A DNA stretch of 63,917 bases, the filler included, from Rhabdomonas costata (taxonomy: Eukaryota), in the NCBI GenBank assembly GCA_019059605.1. It is 43 parts of 43 records of this genome, joined end to end, with 100 filler letters (N's around TTAATTAATTAA, not from the genome) between each part and the next. Parts side by side here need not be neighbours in the genome. Positions count along the whole stretch, not along the records: positions 23,810 to 25,196 come from JAHMHO010017430.1; positions 25,297 to 26,700 come from JAHMHO010017431.1; positions 26,801 to 28,188 come from JAHMHO010017432.1; positions 28,289 to 29,675 come from JAHMHO010017433.1; positions 29,776 to 31,167 come from JAHMHO010017434.1; positions 31,268 to 32,654 come from JAHMHO010017435.1; positions 32,755 to 34,142 come from JAHMHO010017436.1; positions 34,243 to 35,629 come from JAHMHO010017437.1; 35 more parts are not named here. The stretch is one strand, 5' to 3'. Below the pieces are notes generated by a model. That model did not search any database and was not told where the DNA came from. It was given only the letters and a program-made list of their open reading frames with translations. Positions 24,978 through 36,928 of the stretch are shown here, one piece after another. The stretch's first letter is position 1, and the number at the start of each line of letters is the position of its first letter. The position numbers were made by a program, and so were the translations under genes.

Positions 24978-25510
24978 GTGCACACACACACACACGCTAG
25001 CAATGTGTCGGGACGAGTTATAGGTTTTCCCATAGGGTCACACACATGTGCTGTCGCGGTATCGCTGGAATTGTTCGACATACGCGCATCGCAAATTCAT
25101 ACCGCACCCACATCGTAGCGAGAGCCCCCAACAGCTCCCCTTCGGTGCTTCATTGGGATCCGTCGGGATTGCACGCAGCCACGCAGAACCACACAANNNN
25201 NNNNNNNNNNNNNNNNNNNNNNNNNNNNNNNNNNNNNNNNTTAATTAATTAANNNNNNNNNNNNNNNNNNNNNNNNNNNNNNNNNNNNNNNNNNNNTTTG
25301 GGTCAGCGCAAAGATTGGATTGAAACTGAGCATTCAAGCATAGACATACCGAAAGCATTTCAAAGATAACAATGCTCACTGCTTGAAGATGCGTTGGAAA
25401 GCATTTCGTCAGAATACACAACCCGATCCATCGCGTCTGCAAAGGGACTGAGGGCATTGATTCATTGGGTCGTTGGTTGGACACTGCCCAAGGTTATGTG
25501 TGCTTTCTAT

Positions 25511-25552
<42 letters not shown>

Positions 25553-25569
25553 CTAGTTCTACGCCGCAG

Positions 25570-26106
25570 CCAACGGGACCCAAGCGTTGGGACTGCCTGT
25601 GGTATTGGTCAGCCCCAATCTGTTGCCTTACTGGGATTTTGTGTACGGCGTGGCCACCAAGCCCGTGGGTGTGCCCCCCCCCACCGCCGCGCAACCCACC
25701 GACCCCACGGTTTTGGCTATAGATAGACGTGTCTTTGGTCCTGTGTCTCAGTACACGTCTTGCCCAGCCGTGTCATCCCAAAGTGGAAAAGGGTGTGAAT
25801 GCAGAGGTCTTGGTCTCCTCGATTGCACGCTTTCCAAGGTGTTGCCCGTCTTCGGCGGAGTCGAAGGAAGTCACCTGTTCTTTCTAACAGAAGCGATTGT
25901 GCTGTGGATACTTGGTTGCAAGGAAGTTTCTGCGAAAAAATCACCCCAGCGGTCCTGTATACAACTGGTTGCTGTTGTGATACTGCTGCTCCCGCTGCTC
26001 AAATTACCGCTCTCTGTTGCTGACTCTGTGCATTCCACAGGAGCTCGCTCCGCTGCGGTTACGTTGGTCTCCGTCCGGCGCACTGGCTTTGACGAAATCT
26101 TCTTCG
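25570..26106 (+). CDS. Probable exons of an unidentified gene
   Basis: cgcag|..GLPVVLVSPNLLPYWDFVYGVATKP|gtgggt and ccacag|ELAPLRLRWSPSG..|gtgcac; no family recognised. Confidence 0.35.
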
Positions 26107-28924
26107 GTGCACCCCCCCCCGCTTGCCCCCAGGCTATTGTTCTTGACTGGGCCGTGGCGTTGTGAACAACAGTGTGAAACAACATTCACTAATTGGGGAA
26201 AGGGGTACAGGTATGCTTTGCACAGCAACCGCAAAAGTGGCCTAATAATTTCCAGCTAAAAAGACCAACGTTAGGGGTAAAACGGTGGTTGTCCGGCCAA
26301 AATTGATGAAAAAAGAAGCAAATTACAAGTGCATGCGGATGAGTGGGATGGTGACGACACAAAATAACTTGAGGACAGGCCTCGTCGTGGGGAGGGTAAG
26401 AGGAGTTCCGGTGAATAATTGACCATTTTTTGCTGTGTGATAAGGCATTTTAAAATCGGGCTGTGTCTGCTCCTGGTGACTCTCCAGGACCGCTAAACCG
26501 GACCTTGCGTTGGCTCACGTTTTTATTTTCGGGCACCGAACCACCTAACTCACCACGTCTCCTAAGTTGTTGAAGTGCCGTTGCCTGCTTTCTCTTTCTC
26601 TTTTGTTTTTAGTGCTTTCTCATTGTCTGTTGCCACGCCCTCCACAGGATACTACCCCCTGCCCAGCGTCAGCCTAGGAAATTCTCTCACCGTCCGGCTC
26701 NNNNNNNNNNNNNNNNNNNNNNNNNNNNNNNNNNNNNNNNNNNNTTAATTAATTAANNNNNNNNNNNNNNNNNNNNNNNNNNNNNNNNNNNNNNNNNNNN
26801 TCTGCTGAGAGAGAGACCTCTTCCCTTTGGGGTTGAGATACGCACCGTTTCCTCGTGTTAGCAGTGTTGTTCGTCGGGTAGCCTGTACTATAGGAAGCTT
26901 GCGTGTTTATGCACGTGTACAGATTAACGTTTTTTCACTGAATGTTGTTGGTTAAAGACTTGAACCTCGCGGACTCCACATTTTTGCGTGTTCAAAGTCA
27001 CAGGTTGAACAAGTGAAGCAGCGGGAAGCAACACCCTGCCAGCCTTAGTCATTGAATGAGTGAGACGAAAGAACCACCAAAGAAAAATGAAACGAGGATT
27101 AGGAGAGTGTGAGCACATTTCCAAAACTCACTTTTTGCGTGCCGAAAACAAAATAAATGGCGTTAATGAAACATCGGACACCGCCCTCAGGTAAGTCACC
27201 ACCACAATGAGGAGTATGGAAAACTCCATTTGGCTCCATTTAGGCCATTTAAGCTAATATTCTGACACACGCCGGAGGAATTCATTCCTCTGTTGAATCT
27301 CTTCGGATTACTCCAAAGCGGTGGGCGAAGTTTTTCGCTGTCTGACCTCCAAAGCGCCACCTATCCTCCCAGCGTGGGCCAAAAGGAATCTTATTCCGAG
27401 TGCATGCGGCTCGGGGAGGAGCTGGTGGTTTCCTCTAAGCGGCTGTGGAGGCGCCTCTCCCCAGGGGGTGGCCCGGTCGCTGCTGCGCGGTATTGGGACG
27501 GGTCCTGGGCAGTCCGCTCCGGGTTCCGAGCCAGCGGAACGCTGAACGCTAACCAGCAGCCTTGCGCTGAAACCCGTAAGTGGGTAGGTTCCTTGAGCTT
27601 CCACTCCTGGTAGTTGTTCATGCTGCCGCCTCGCGACAGCCCATTGCCCTTTGTTTTTTCCTTCGTCCCCCAGCTTGCGGGCTCCCCTTCTTTCCTTCTT
27701 CCTTGCCATTCGCTGCAAGTTTGTTCTCTCTGTGTGGACCCCCACTGTCGAGACAAAATTTGAAGAAGAAAAAAAATCAGAAAATCAATGCAAAACGGCC
27801 AGGGGTGAAACGACCGGCGGCAGTGGGTCCCTCTCTGCAAAGGCTGTCTGCCTTCCGCAGCCGCCGCAAGCATTGTACAGCGGAAGCATGATTTTAAATC
27901 ACGTAAATCACATTAAATCACGTAAAGCTGAAGTAAGGGTGGGTGTGCTTTCCCTCTTTGCCACGTCTTTCCGATGCGCACTGTGTCCGAACGTGTACTT
28001 GGTGCTGGTTTGTTTGTAAATGCTCTGCGGTGTTTGCCGAACACTTCGCTCGGTCTTGAAATTGCAGTTGTGTTAAACCTAATGACAAATATGAAACAAA
28101 AATGCAAAATATTCATGTTTATTCGCGACTGGAATTTCAAGACCGAGCGAAGTGTTCAGCAAACACCGCAGAGCATTTACCAACAAAANNNNNNNNNNNN
28201 NNNNNNNNNNNNNNNNNNNNNNNNNNNNNNNNTTAATTAATTAANNNNNNNNNNNNNNNNNNNNNNNNNNNNNNNNNNNNNNNNNNNNGGTGGGTTTTAT
28301 GTTCGTTTCAGGTTCACTTGTGTGCTGTTGTGCGATCCAACACTGCCTTGTGCCCGTAGTACGTGTGCACGCTCCTGTTCTTTGTTGTAATGCGGCGCAC
28401 CTTCAGCTTCAAAATTTGGTACTCTTTTGCCACAACAACACCCTCACCAGTGAACAGGGATGTCCCGTGAGGGGATGTCCCGTCGAACTTGAAACCTGTT
28501 TTCACATCTTTTCGGCGTCTGTGTGTGTCCGTGGGCGTCAATTCTGCGTGCGGGTCCGGAACTGTTTGTTTGGCCGTCTCACTCGATTTCTCTCTGGCTC
28601 CCAGGAATGCCCCTGAACCTAAGCGGAACAACATACTGGTTCCAGCTTTAGCAGCCTTCAGATGCCTTTACATCCTCCATTCCTCCCCAGTTTCCGCAAA
28701 TTGTGTGATGTTCATAAAAGCATGCCTGCAGCGCCAGCTTCTGTTGAACTGAGGGGAATGTCTTCAGCTTCAGATTTGACCTCGCCCGCTTTGCGAAAAG
28801 CCCCTCGCGCTAGATGGTAAACAGGTAAAGTTGATGTTTGCAGGGCCGGAACTGCTTTTCGCACGAGTATCTTGCCCTGCATCAATTCGCTTCCTCTCCC
28901 CCTGTCTCACTCTCGCTCCCCCAG

Positions 28925-29108
28925 GAATGCCCCTGACCCGGTGCGGCTGTACGGCTACTCCGCCGTCTTGGCCGCGGTGCGGTGCCAGGAGAGGCTGGAG
29001 GACCTGCAGCAGCAGTGGATGAGCGCCGACCTTCCTGTGCTGCGGTGTCGGGTGGGGATCCACTGCGGCTGTGTGCTGGTGGGGAACTACGGGTGCACGG
29101 AGAAGATG
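28925..29108 (+). CDS. Class III adenylate/guanylate cyclase catalytic domain exon
   Basis: (W)NAPDPV..AVLAAVRCQERL..LPVLRCRVGIHCGCVLVGNYGCTEKM, matching the FWNAP and R.GIH.G...VGN.G motifs; AG/GT bounded. Confidence 0.88.
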
Positions 29109-30194
29109 GTGCCTGCCTGCCAACCTGCCTCCCTGCCTCCTTGCCTGCCCGTCTTTGTACGTGTGTTTACATTGTGCTGGCGGCTCTTGGCTCTTGGGAC
29201 TGTTGCCGAGCCTATACTTGGCTTTCACTGCTCCACTTTGTTCTCGATACCAGTGACAACAGTTCCTTCATGGTCTGTATTGTGATGTTTTGTATTCCAA
29301 ATGGGTTGGGCCCTTGGAACCGGCGATCCGAGACGTGTCTAATTTTCCCGTTGCCCGGTACCCTTATTAATGGTATTCTGTAGTATAACGGAGACCTGTC
29401 ATTTTCCACTGCGAAACTTAATATAGAACTCTTCCAGAACGTAATAAAACGCTGGATTCCAGAAGTTTCCCGATCTAGCAGGGACAGAAATCACCTCCCT
29501 CCCTCTAGGCATCATTTTTGTTCCTAAAAGCATGGCTGTGTGCGCAAACTGAAACTAAAACGCGAGCGGTCTAATGTCATCATGGGCACTAATGGTGAGA
29601 GTTTCATGTAAGATTCAATTAAGACTATGATCCATATCAAGGACATACGAGGACAAACCATGTTGCCCCAACAACNNNNNNNNNNNNNNNNNNNNNNNNN
29701 NNNNNNNNNNNNNNNNNNNTTAATTAATTAANNNNNNNNNNNNNNNNNNNNNNNNNNNNNNNNNNNNNNNNNNNNTTTTTTGGCATGCATGCGTGTGTGT
29801 TTGGCTACTGCTCCAGTGCTTTGTTTTCCGTTTGATAAAACTTGAGAGAGAAAGAAAATATCAATTGATAATAATGGGGATCGTAACGGTGACACACTCC
29901 CAGGTTCCAATGTGGTATCAGTGCCTCAAGATGCCTTAGGCAGTTGTTCCCGAGATGAGGTTTTTGGTCTCACATGAGATTAGAGGGCATTCCCCAAGAT
30001 GAGGATATTGGTGTCCGTTTTTTGGGGCGCGATAAACGTGCCCCATTTATAGGTTTTTGACTTTTGTGAATCCTGCACGGAAAAAAGGGAATGGGGGCAT
30101 ATCTTTACATGGGCTGAGGATGCGTCTTCGTTAGGTCTCTACATTTGTATGAGGGGAATGTATGACGTCGGGGGTGGGGTGGTTTGCCTTTTAG

Positions 30195-30346
30195 ATCCTT
30201 GTCGCCAGCATGGTCATCGTGCTCTTCCTGATCTACCCCACACTGCTGCAGAGCTGTGCGAACATGTTCAAGTGTCAGGACATCGAAGTGGCGAAGGGGG
30301 AGGTCCGGTCCTACCTCACCGTGGATATGAGGTCTGCCTGCACCTG
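30195..30346 (+). CDS. Exon of a protist-type multipass membrane protein
   Basis: ttttag| ILVASMVIVLFLIYPTLLQSCANMFKCQDI..SYLTVDMRSAC; TM helix plus YP..F.C..YL..D...C pattern. 3' boundary uncertain. Confidence 0.65.
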
Positions 30347-31110
30347 GTACCGTTAAGTATCAGTAAAGGATCAGACAGGGTTCAATCGATCAGGGTCCTG
30401 GACGATTCATTGTTAAGTTAAATTGACAAATCTCAAAATAAAAGTGATCTGAAACGGCTAATACTTCTGCATCTCTATCCCCTTGGGGGGCAATCTGAGG
30501 ACAAAAAATGTGTGCAGATTTTGTCTGCCTATCTGTGCATTGATTTTTTTGGGGTGGATAGGAGGTCGTATCGAAGAAACAAACGCAATTTAAGCGCACC
30601 TGTTCCCTGTGGTCGAAATTTGGCCTCACATTCAGCTCACGCGCAAGCAAGCAAAGAAGAATTTTCGAGTGAGTACTCTGTATCGGATCAAAAAGGGGCA
30701 CTCAGAATGGGCCAAGAAAGACCCGAAGTTCTTTGCCGAGTATCTTTAGTAGAAAACCTCGGCTCGGGTATTGATTGCAGTATGGAGTTTTTTCTGCTGG
30801 ACAGCAGTTGATAACAAAACACATTAGAAATCCTGATGTTTTTTCTATGCAGTTCGCCGGTGGCAGTCGCGTGTATTGCAATCAATTACTCAATTCCCGT
30901 GGTTACCCGTTTGATGATCACAAGTGGGTGGTCATGGTTACAGTGTGTATTTGATTCTTCATTCCTTTTTATTCGATTAGAAATGAGCCTTCGATTCTTT
31001 TTTAATTTTGATCCGTTAATCGATCCATTGCAGTCTGCAGTTGACCGTGAAGTGTGTGAATATTGGCTTGAAGTGCATGAGAATATTGAGGCCGTTTTGC
31101 CCCGCCTGTG

Positions 31111-31111
<1 letters not shown>

Positions 31112-31166
<55 letters not shown>
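31112..31166. repeat. (CA)n microsatellite; similar tracts near 2808, 2995, 25513, 33137, 39261, 47633 and 55872
   Basis: Directly visible dinucleotide runs. Confidence 0.97.
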
Positions 31167-31167
<1 letters not shown>

Positions 31168-31372
31168 NNNNNNNNNNNNNNNNNNNNNNNNNNNNNNNNN
31201 NNNNNNNNNNNTTAATTAATTAANNNNNNNNNNNNNNNNNNNNNNNNNNNNNNNNNNNNNNNNNNNNGGTGAGTTTTGTACACATTTTGTTATAAACGTT
31301 TGCCATTGAAACGCATTTAAACTCGGCCACAACGGCCATCAACACCCCAGACTTCTGTGCCAGTGCTGAGAC

Positions 31373-32314
31373 CTGGATTGTGGTCCCTCCAGGGGAGCAC
31401 ACGGAGTCCTTAACAATGGCGGGGTGCCTGCCCCGAAGCACCATCATCGCCGTTCCCAGCACCGTCTGGGCGGCCTGTTTGGGAAGGGTAGGATGGCCCG
31501 CTCTCTCCACCGGAGGTGCAGAACACCAAACAGAACGCCCAGGAGAAGTTGCGAGGCAGGGTGGTGGAACACGCACCAGAAAGAGAGGGACTAGCGGAAC
31601 TTTGGAGGAATCAGAGTCAGTCGGAGCCAGTAGGTAGATGCGTGAGAAAGCCATACGAAGATAAGTCCACGATAAAATGAGGGAAAACATGAATTTAGCA
31701 ACCAGAAAATGCGCAGTGGAGTATAGTGGGTATAGATTCAGAGATTCTGGCGGGAGCAGGGAGCAGGGGGGGAGGGTTGCAGGGCAACAGAGAGCACCAA
31801 GGACTGCGCCACAGCCCGGGGAAGGCCAGAGCGAACCCCACCATCCGTGAGGGCCTCAATGAACATCGCCACAAAGGCTGCAATCGTGCGTGCGTGTGCG
31901 TCCGTGTGTGTGCGTGGGGGGGGGGGTATGTGCGTGCGTGCATGTGTGTTAACCTCATGGTGCACTGGTTGAAGCAAGGGCTGTTGTCACCACCTCTAAC
32001 TGCCCACTGTTTGTGCCCTGTGCTTTGGGCTGGTGCATCCTGGCTGATGTCGCAGAGGCAAGGTTGAAGGCCAGGGCGCTCGTCCCCCTCTCTCCCCATA
32101 AGCCCCATGGTGAGGGGTGCGTGTGTGCATACTGGGGGTGAGAAGAAGGAAGAGAGTCACTGGTGCTCATTCCCCGTGCCCACTACCATACCAGGGCCAC
32201 TTCCACTGAGCCCAGTGACGGCGTCCAGGAGCCTCTCCGGGACCTCGAAGGCCACCCCGACGCTCTCCAGGAAGGCCTTGATCACCGCACCCTCCTCTGG
32301 GGCGAATCCAGGGC
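31373..32314 (-). CDS. proC: Pyrroline-5-carboxylate reductase, exons 32314-32192, 31877-31798, 31474-31373
   Basis: SVG...VPERLLDAVTGLSGSGP | AFVAMFIEALTDGGVRSGLPRAVAQSL | AAQTVLGTAMMV..HPAIVKDSVCSPGGTTIQ; GT-AG, phases consistent. Confidence 0.96.
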
Positions 32315-33487
32315 CTGGTGAGCGAACAGAGATACTAATTGGAGAAGAGCTACGACTGAAATTCATACCACCCCAGAGGCAAACCAAAAACGACAGAGCC
32401 ATAAGAGGGCGGAGGTGCACGTGTAAGGAGGGCGGAGACACTCTCAGGTCTCAGGTATTAGGTTCAACCTGTGAAGAGAGTTCCTCCAAGAAAGCAAATG
32501 ACAACCAGGACTAGGACTGACGCCAGAGGATCCATCGCCAGCCCTTTCTGAGTTCAGCTGTAGAGGGTGTGCGTGTGTTTGCAGATGCCCAGACGTGTAC
32601 CCAGATGTCCGAAGTCTGTGACCGTGCCACCAGTCCCCCAGTCGCTTCCCCCCCNNNNNNNNNNNNNNNNNNNNNNNNNNNNNNNNNNNNNNNNNNNNTT
32701 AATTAATTAANNNNNNNNNNNNNNNNNNNNNNNNNNNNNNNNNNNNNNNNNNNNGTGGTGTGGGGCAACACTTTGGGAGAGGTTGAGGGATCGACATGAC
32801 CGGCCGAAGCAAGCTAGACTAATAATCAATCGACTTGCATTTGTAAACACACTGTGCTGAAGGCTGCCGTTGCCTCCTTCGTATATGGGAATGACAAAGT
32901 TCAGCGCAAACGAATGATCGCAGTACGATTGCGGAAGCACAGTTACTGAGGCTGAGCAGGGCGGGGGGAGGGGGCTCCAGGTCGTAACGGTTTTCTGGAA
33001 GTAGATATCAACGGCATTTCTGGGATGTTTTCGATAATTGCGAAAATTTTGGGAATTCTCAACTTTCCTCAATCCTGGTCCATCCAGCATATAGCGTTAG
33101 CTCCTGTTAGCGAACGGCGGCCAAAAGCCGCACACAAACACACACACACACACACACATACACACACAAACACACACGCCGTAAATGCAGCGGCGTAAAG
33201 GGCTGCCAACCCCAAAATCCGGACATTCACGGAAAAAAGTCTGTCATGGGCAAAATCCGGATTTGCAAGAACGGGCACACGCACTGGAATCGGCCTACGA
33301 CGAGGAGCGAACATTCACTGGGACTCACATACGGAAGCACCCACTGATCTGACGTGCGGTACTGTGCGATGAATGCCCCGCTCAGCAATAGAACCTCTGA
33401 TCTGCCCCCCCCCCTGTCGCCAACTGCAGTCAAAGAAGCTCGTTGGCTTTCTTTCAGAATGCGCGCAGTTGCAAAACGCTCATACAC

Positions 33488-33613
33488 CTTGGTCCCACTT
33501 GCAGCGGGCAAAGTCTGACATAACTACGTTGTAAGGAGGGACGTTGTAAGGCAGATCTGGCTCCGTGTCGAAGCTCGAATGGTACCAGGACATAACCGGC
33601 ACCACCCAGACTC
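33488..33613 (-). CDS. Calcineurin-like metallophosphoesterase (PptH-like) exon
   Basis: GVWVVPVMSWYHSSFDTEPD...MSDFARCKW matches the P..SWYH.SFD.E.D...DF..CKW pattern as I recall it; AG/GT bounded. Confidence 0.7.
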
Positions 33614-36298
33614 CTGTGGGAAACATGCAAAATGCACAAAAAAAACGTGCTTGCCAAAAAAGTCGCAAAATGAGTTTTCAGACTCAAAATAATGACCCCA
33701 TCAACTATCAACCAGATATCTGCGACCAACCGACCCTGCAACCGATACTGTCAATATATAGTGGAATGCGGACTCCTAATTCCACACCAACAACGTCGCT
33801 AGGGTTGCAATGGCGACAGCGAGGCTGAATAATAATATGCAGGGCTTTCAGCTTGGAGGGACGTCATCCAAGCTCATGGAGCGCGCAGTGGGTGTGGGTG
33901 TGCGCGCTTTCCTGAAGTGCACTTTTCAGCCCTTTGCCCGCGAACTTCCTCCTTTCTTTCTGTCCCAAAAACTGTATGCGTTTGCGCGCGCCTTTTTTTC
34001 TCCAAAAGAGCAAGAGGAGTTCTTACACTCAGTCACGCACCATTGTCATGACGGTTCAATTGCGATCGCGATTGTGCAATCGCAAAATTATCAACCCAAA
34101 AAAATAACCTGTTGTTGTTGTTGTTGTTGTTGTTGCAATCAANNNNNNNNNNNNNNNNNNNNNNNNNNNNNNNNNNNNNNNNNNNNTTAATTAATTAANN
34201 NNNNNNNNNNNNNNNNNNNNNNNNNNNNNNNNNNNNNNNNNNTCATGCGGTAAAGGTGGACTTCATGGAAAACTCTTGTGAGATGAGGGAACAACTCACC
34301 GGAGGGAGGTTGGGCGGAATAGCGAGGTGACCACTTGTGCAGTTCTTGTGTGTGGACCAAGGTGACCACTTGGGTGTGGGGACAGCAAACTTCGTGTACA
34401 GGTTTGTTTCGCTGACGAAGTCCCCTTTGTTTTCTCGTCCTCACGCGCTAGCGTGTGTGGAAACTCGAAAGCAATCACACACACCTCAGAAACGGCACCC
34501 ACACAACGCCCAACCATCGGAACGTGTGCACACCGCGAAGCAGCGAAGCTGGACATTCAGAAGGCGGGCGGCCACCCGCATGGCGGAGAGGGTTTGCATT
34601 GGCTCTGGGGTGACAGCGGAGTCGGGTACTCACAAATTTACAGAGATAGAGCGGGAAAAAGGAAACAGGAACGGAAGGATAATCGGTGAGGAACCTGACA
34701 AAAGGATGAGAAGGGAGGTAAACTTCTCTGGTCAAGCAGGAGTTGTGGAGATTATAGTACGTGCGAACATCCCTGAGATTGGTGCCGCCTCGTGCGGAAA
34801 GCTGGCACGGAGCGTTTCCCGATTAAGTGGAACTTATCGATTTCAATACCAACATTTCCAGCAGTTTCAACAGTATTTTTAACTAACATGGCTGCTTTCC
34901 AGATGCTGTTTTTTTTAAGTACAGCACTAGACTTGGCGGCCACGCAGCGAAGCGGGGGAGGGTGTGTGTGGTTTGCAGGTGACAGCGAAACAGCAAACAA
35001 GCATATCCACAGAAAACCATAGTACCAACTGCTGCACCATTTTGCAGCGGGGAGGGGGGGGGCAAACCTTGCAGGACATAAATCTAACGGGCTCAGCAAT
35101 TACCAAAATTCAAGTTTGATAGCAGGGAAAGCAGGCCGAGATAAAAAATGACTGTTTGCTTAGTCACTGCCTGCCCACAAAAAAGTCCCCCCCCCAAAAA
35201 GCAGAGTTCAGGGAGCCTTCCTATGGAACTTACTTGACAACGAACAGTGAACTTTTCTCCTCCGTCTCACAAGAAACCGAATCTAAGCAATGAGTGCGCT
35301 CGGCCACAGCCAAAACCTCAAGGTCTCAAAAAACACGCCAAAGCACACAGAGCCCGATAAACGATTGAGGCTCGGCTACTCATCACAGAATTGGATTAAT
35401 TACGAATATGCTCAGCAATTGCACACACACACACACACAGCGACAAAGAATGTGTATTTACAAAAGAAATGTGTATTTACAAAAAAAGAGGAGGAGCAGG
35501 AGACCGAACGAGATGCGTCCCTGGACTCTTGTCTCCTTGCTCTCAGCAAATCCCTCAGAAGACAGAAGTGCAATGGAAGGGTCCTCTAACAGTCTACAGC
35601 CCTCATTGCAGCGAACCACCAACACCCCCNNNNNNNNNNNNNNNNNNNNNNNNNNNNNNNNNNNNNNNNNNNNTTAATTAATTAANNNNNNNNNNNNNNN
35701 NNNNNNNNNNNNNNNNNNNNNNNNNNNNNTTTTTTTGAGTTCCTTGCGTTGAGTCATAGTGATTTCGTTTCGCGATTTGTGGTTAGGTTTATTTTTGTTT
35801 GATTGGGTATGTGCCAACCTTTTGCCACCCCCTATTATCGGAAGGGAAGGACTTGTTCGCGGTGCATGGCCCAATGAAGATGAAGGGATGCTTAGGGGCT
35901 GTGTGTTTCTTGGTTGCATGAGCATTAATTGGCCCATCTTTGATCTTTTTGGTGCCTCTGCACATCTTTGACGTTACTGGCTCTGAATCTTCTCGCTGGA
36001 GTATTCGGCCCGGTGCTTGCGCAGTTGTTGCTGTTGCATAATCGAACTCCTGGACTCCTGGTTCTCTTGGGTAAATTACTTTCGACACGGAGAAGAACCC
36101 GAACTCTAGATTGCCACCATCATTGTCTGACGGTGGAAGCTGCTTTAAGCACGAATACTTGCACCGGTGGCTCTGCTGGTGGTGCAAATGGACTTGCGTT
36201 TCGTCATTGCCGTTTCGGGTGGGTTTTCGCTCCTGCACATGGATACTGGTGAGATGTACTTGCCCTTTACTTCCAGTTCTGGTTCCCGTTCCTCTCAG

Positions 36299-36928
36299 TT
36301 GTGGACTGCGGCCCTGCCCTTCCGCCCTCGCCCGTCTACACTATGCCGGTGTGCCCCTCGGGCACGACCTATGGGCAGGCCTGCAGCTTCGGCTGCGCGG
36401 CGGGGTACCCCGGCGGGGGCAACCTGACGTGCAACGCGAGCGGGACGTGGACGCAGAGTGGCTGCTGCACGCAGGGTAGGCCTTTTGCCCATTTGCCACC
36501 AGACCTCTCATTTGCTTGAACCCTAGTTGGGGGCAGAGCCGGAGTTGCTTGTATCCCTTCGTTCGGGGGAGTTTCTTTTCGCTGATATGTTTCATCATTT
36601 TTGTGGTCGAAAGAACATATCTGCCTCTCTCTCTGTTCCTCTGTCAGCTCGGCTCGTTTATCACGCGCTATCAGGGAAGAGCCGTGTCTCCTTTTCATTC
36701 CGCATTTCGCTCATTGTGTAGCGTCACCCCCTTCGCTTGACGTTCTTCTAGGCGGTGGCTAGACCTGGGCCTGACATTCCTTCACTCTGTGCTGTTTTGC
36801 CCTTTGCCCAATCATGGGAATTGCAGGCCTGTGCGGGAGCGACGTGGTGTGCCCGCTAGGCTACGGGGCGCTGAACCCATCGATGAGGTGCTGCTTGCCG
36901 ACCTGCACCATGGACGAGTGCTGCGAAC
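36299..36928 (+). CDS. Extracellular Sushi/CCP domain exon (36299-36475) plus Cys-rich repeat exon (36827-36928)
   Basis: VDCGP..GTTYGQACSFGCAAGY..G.LTCNASGTW; then LCGSDVVCPLGYG..CCLPTCTMDECC; both are phase 1-1 exons. Confidence 0.8.
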
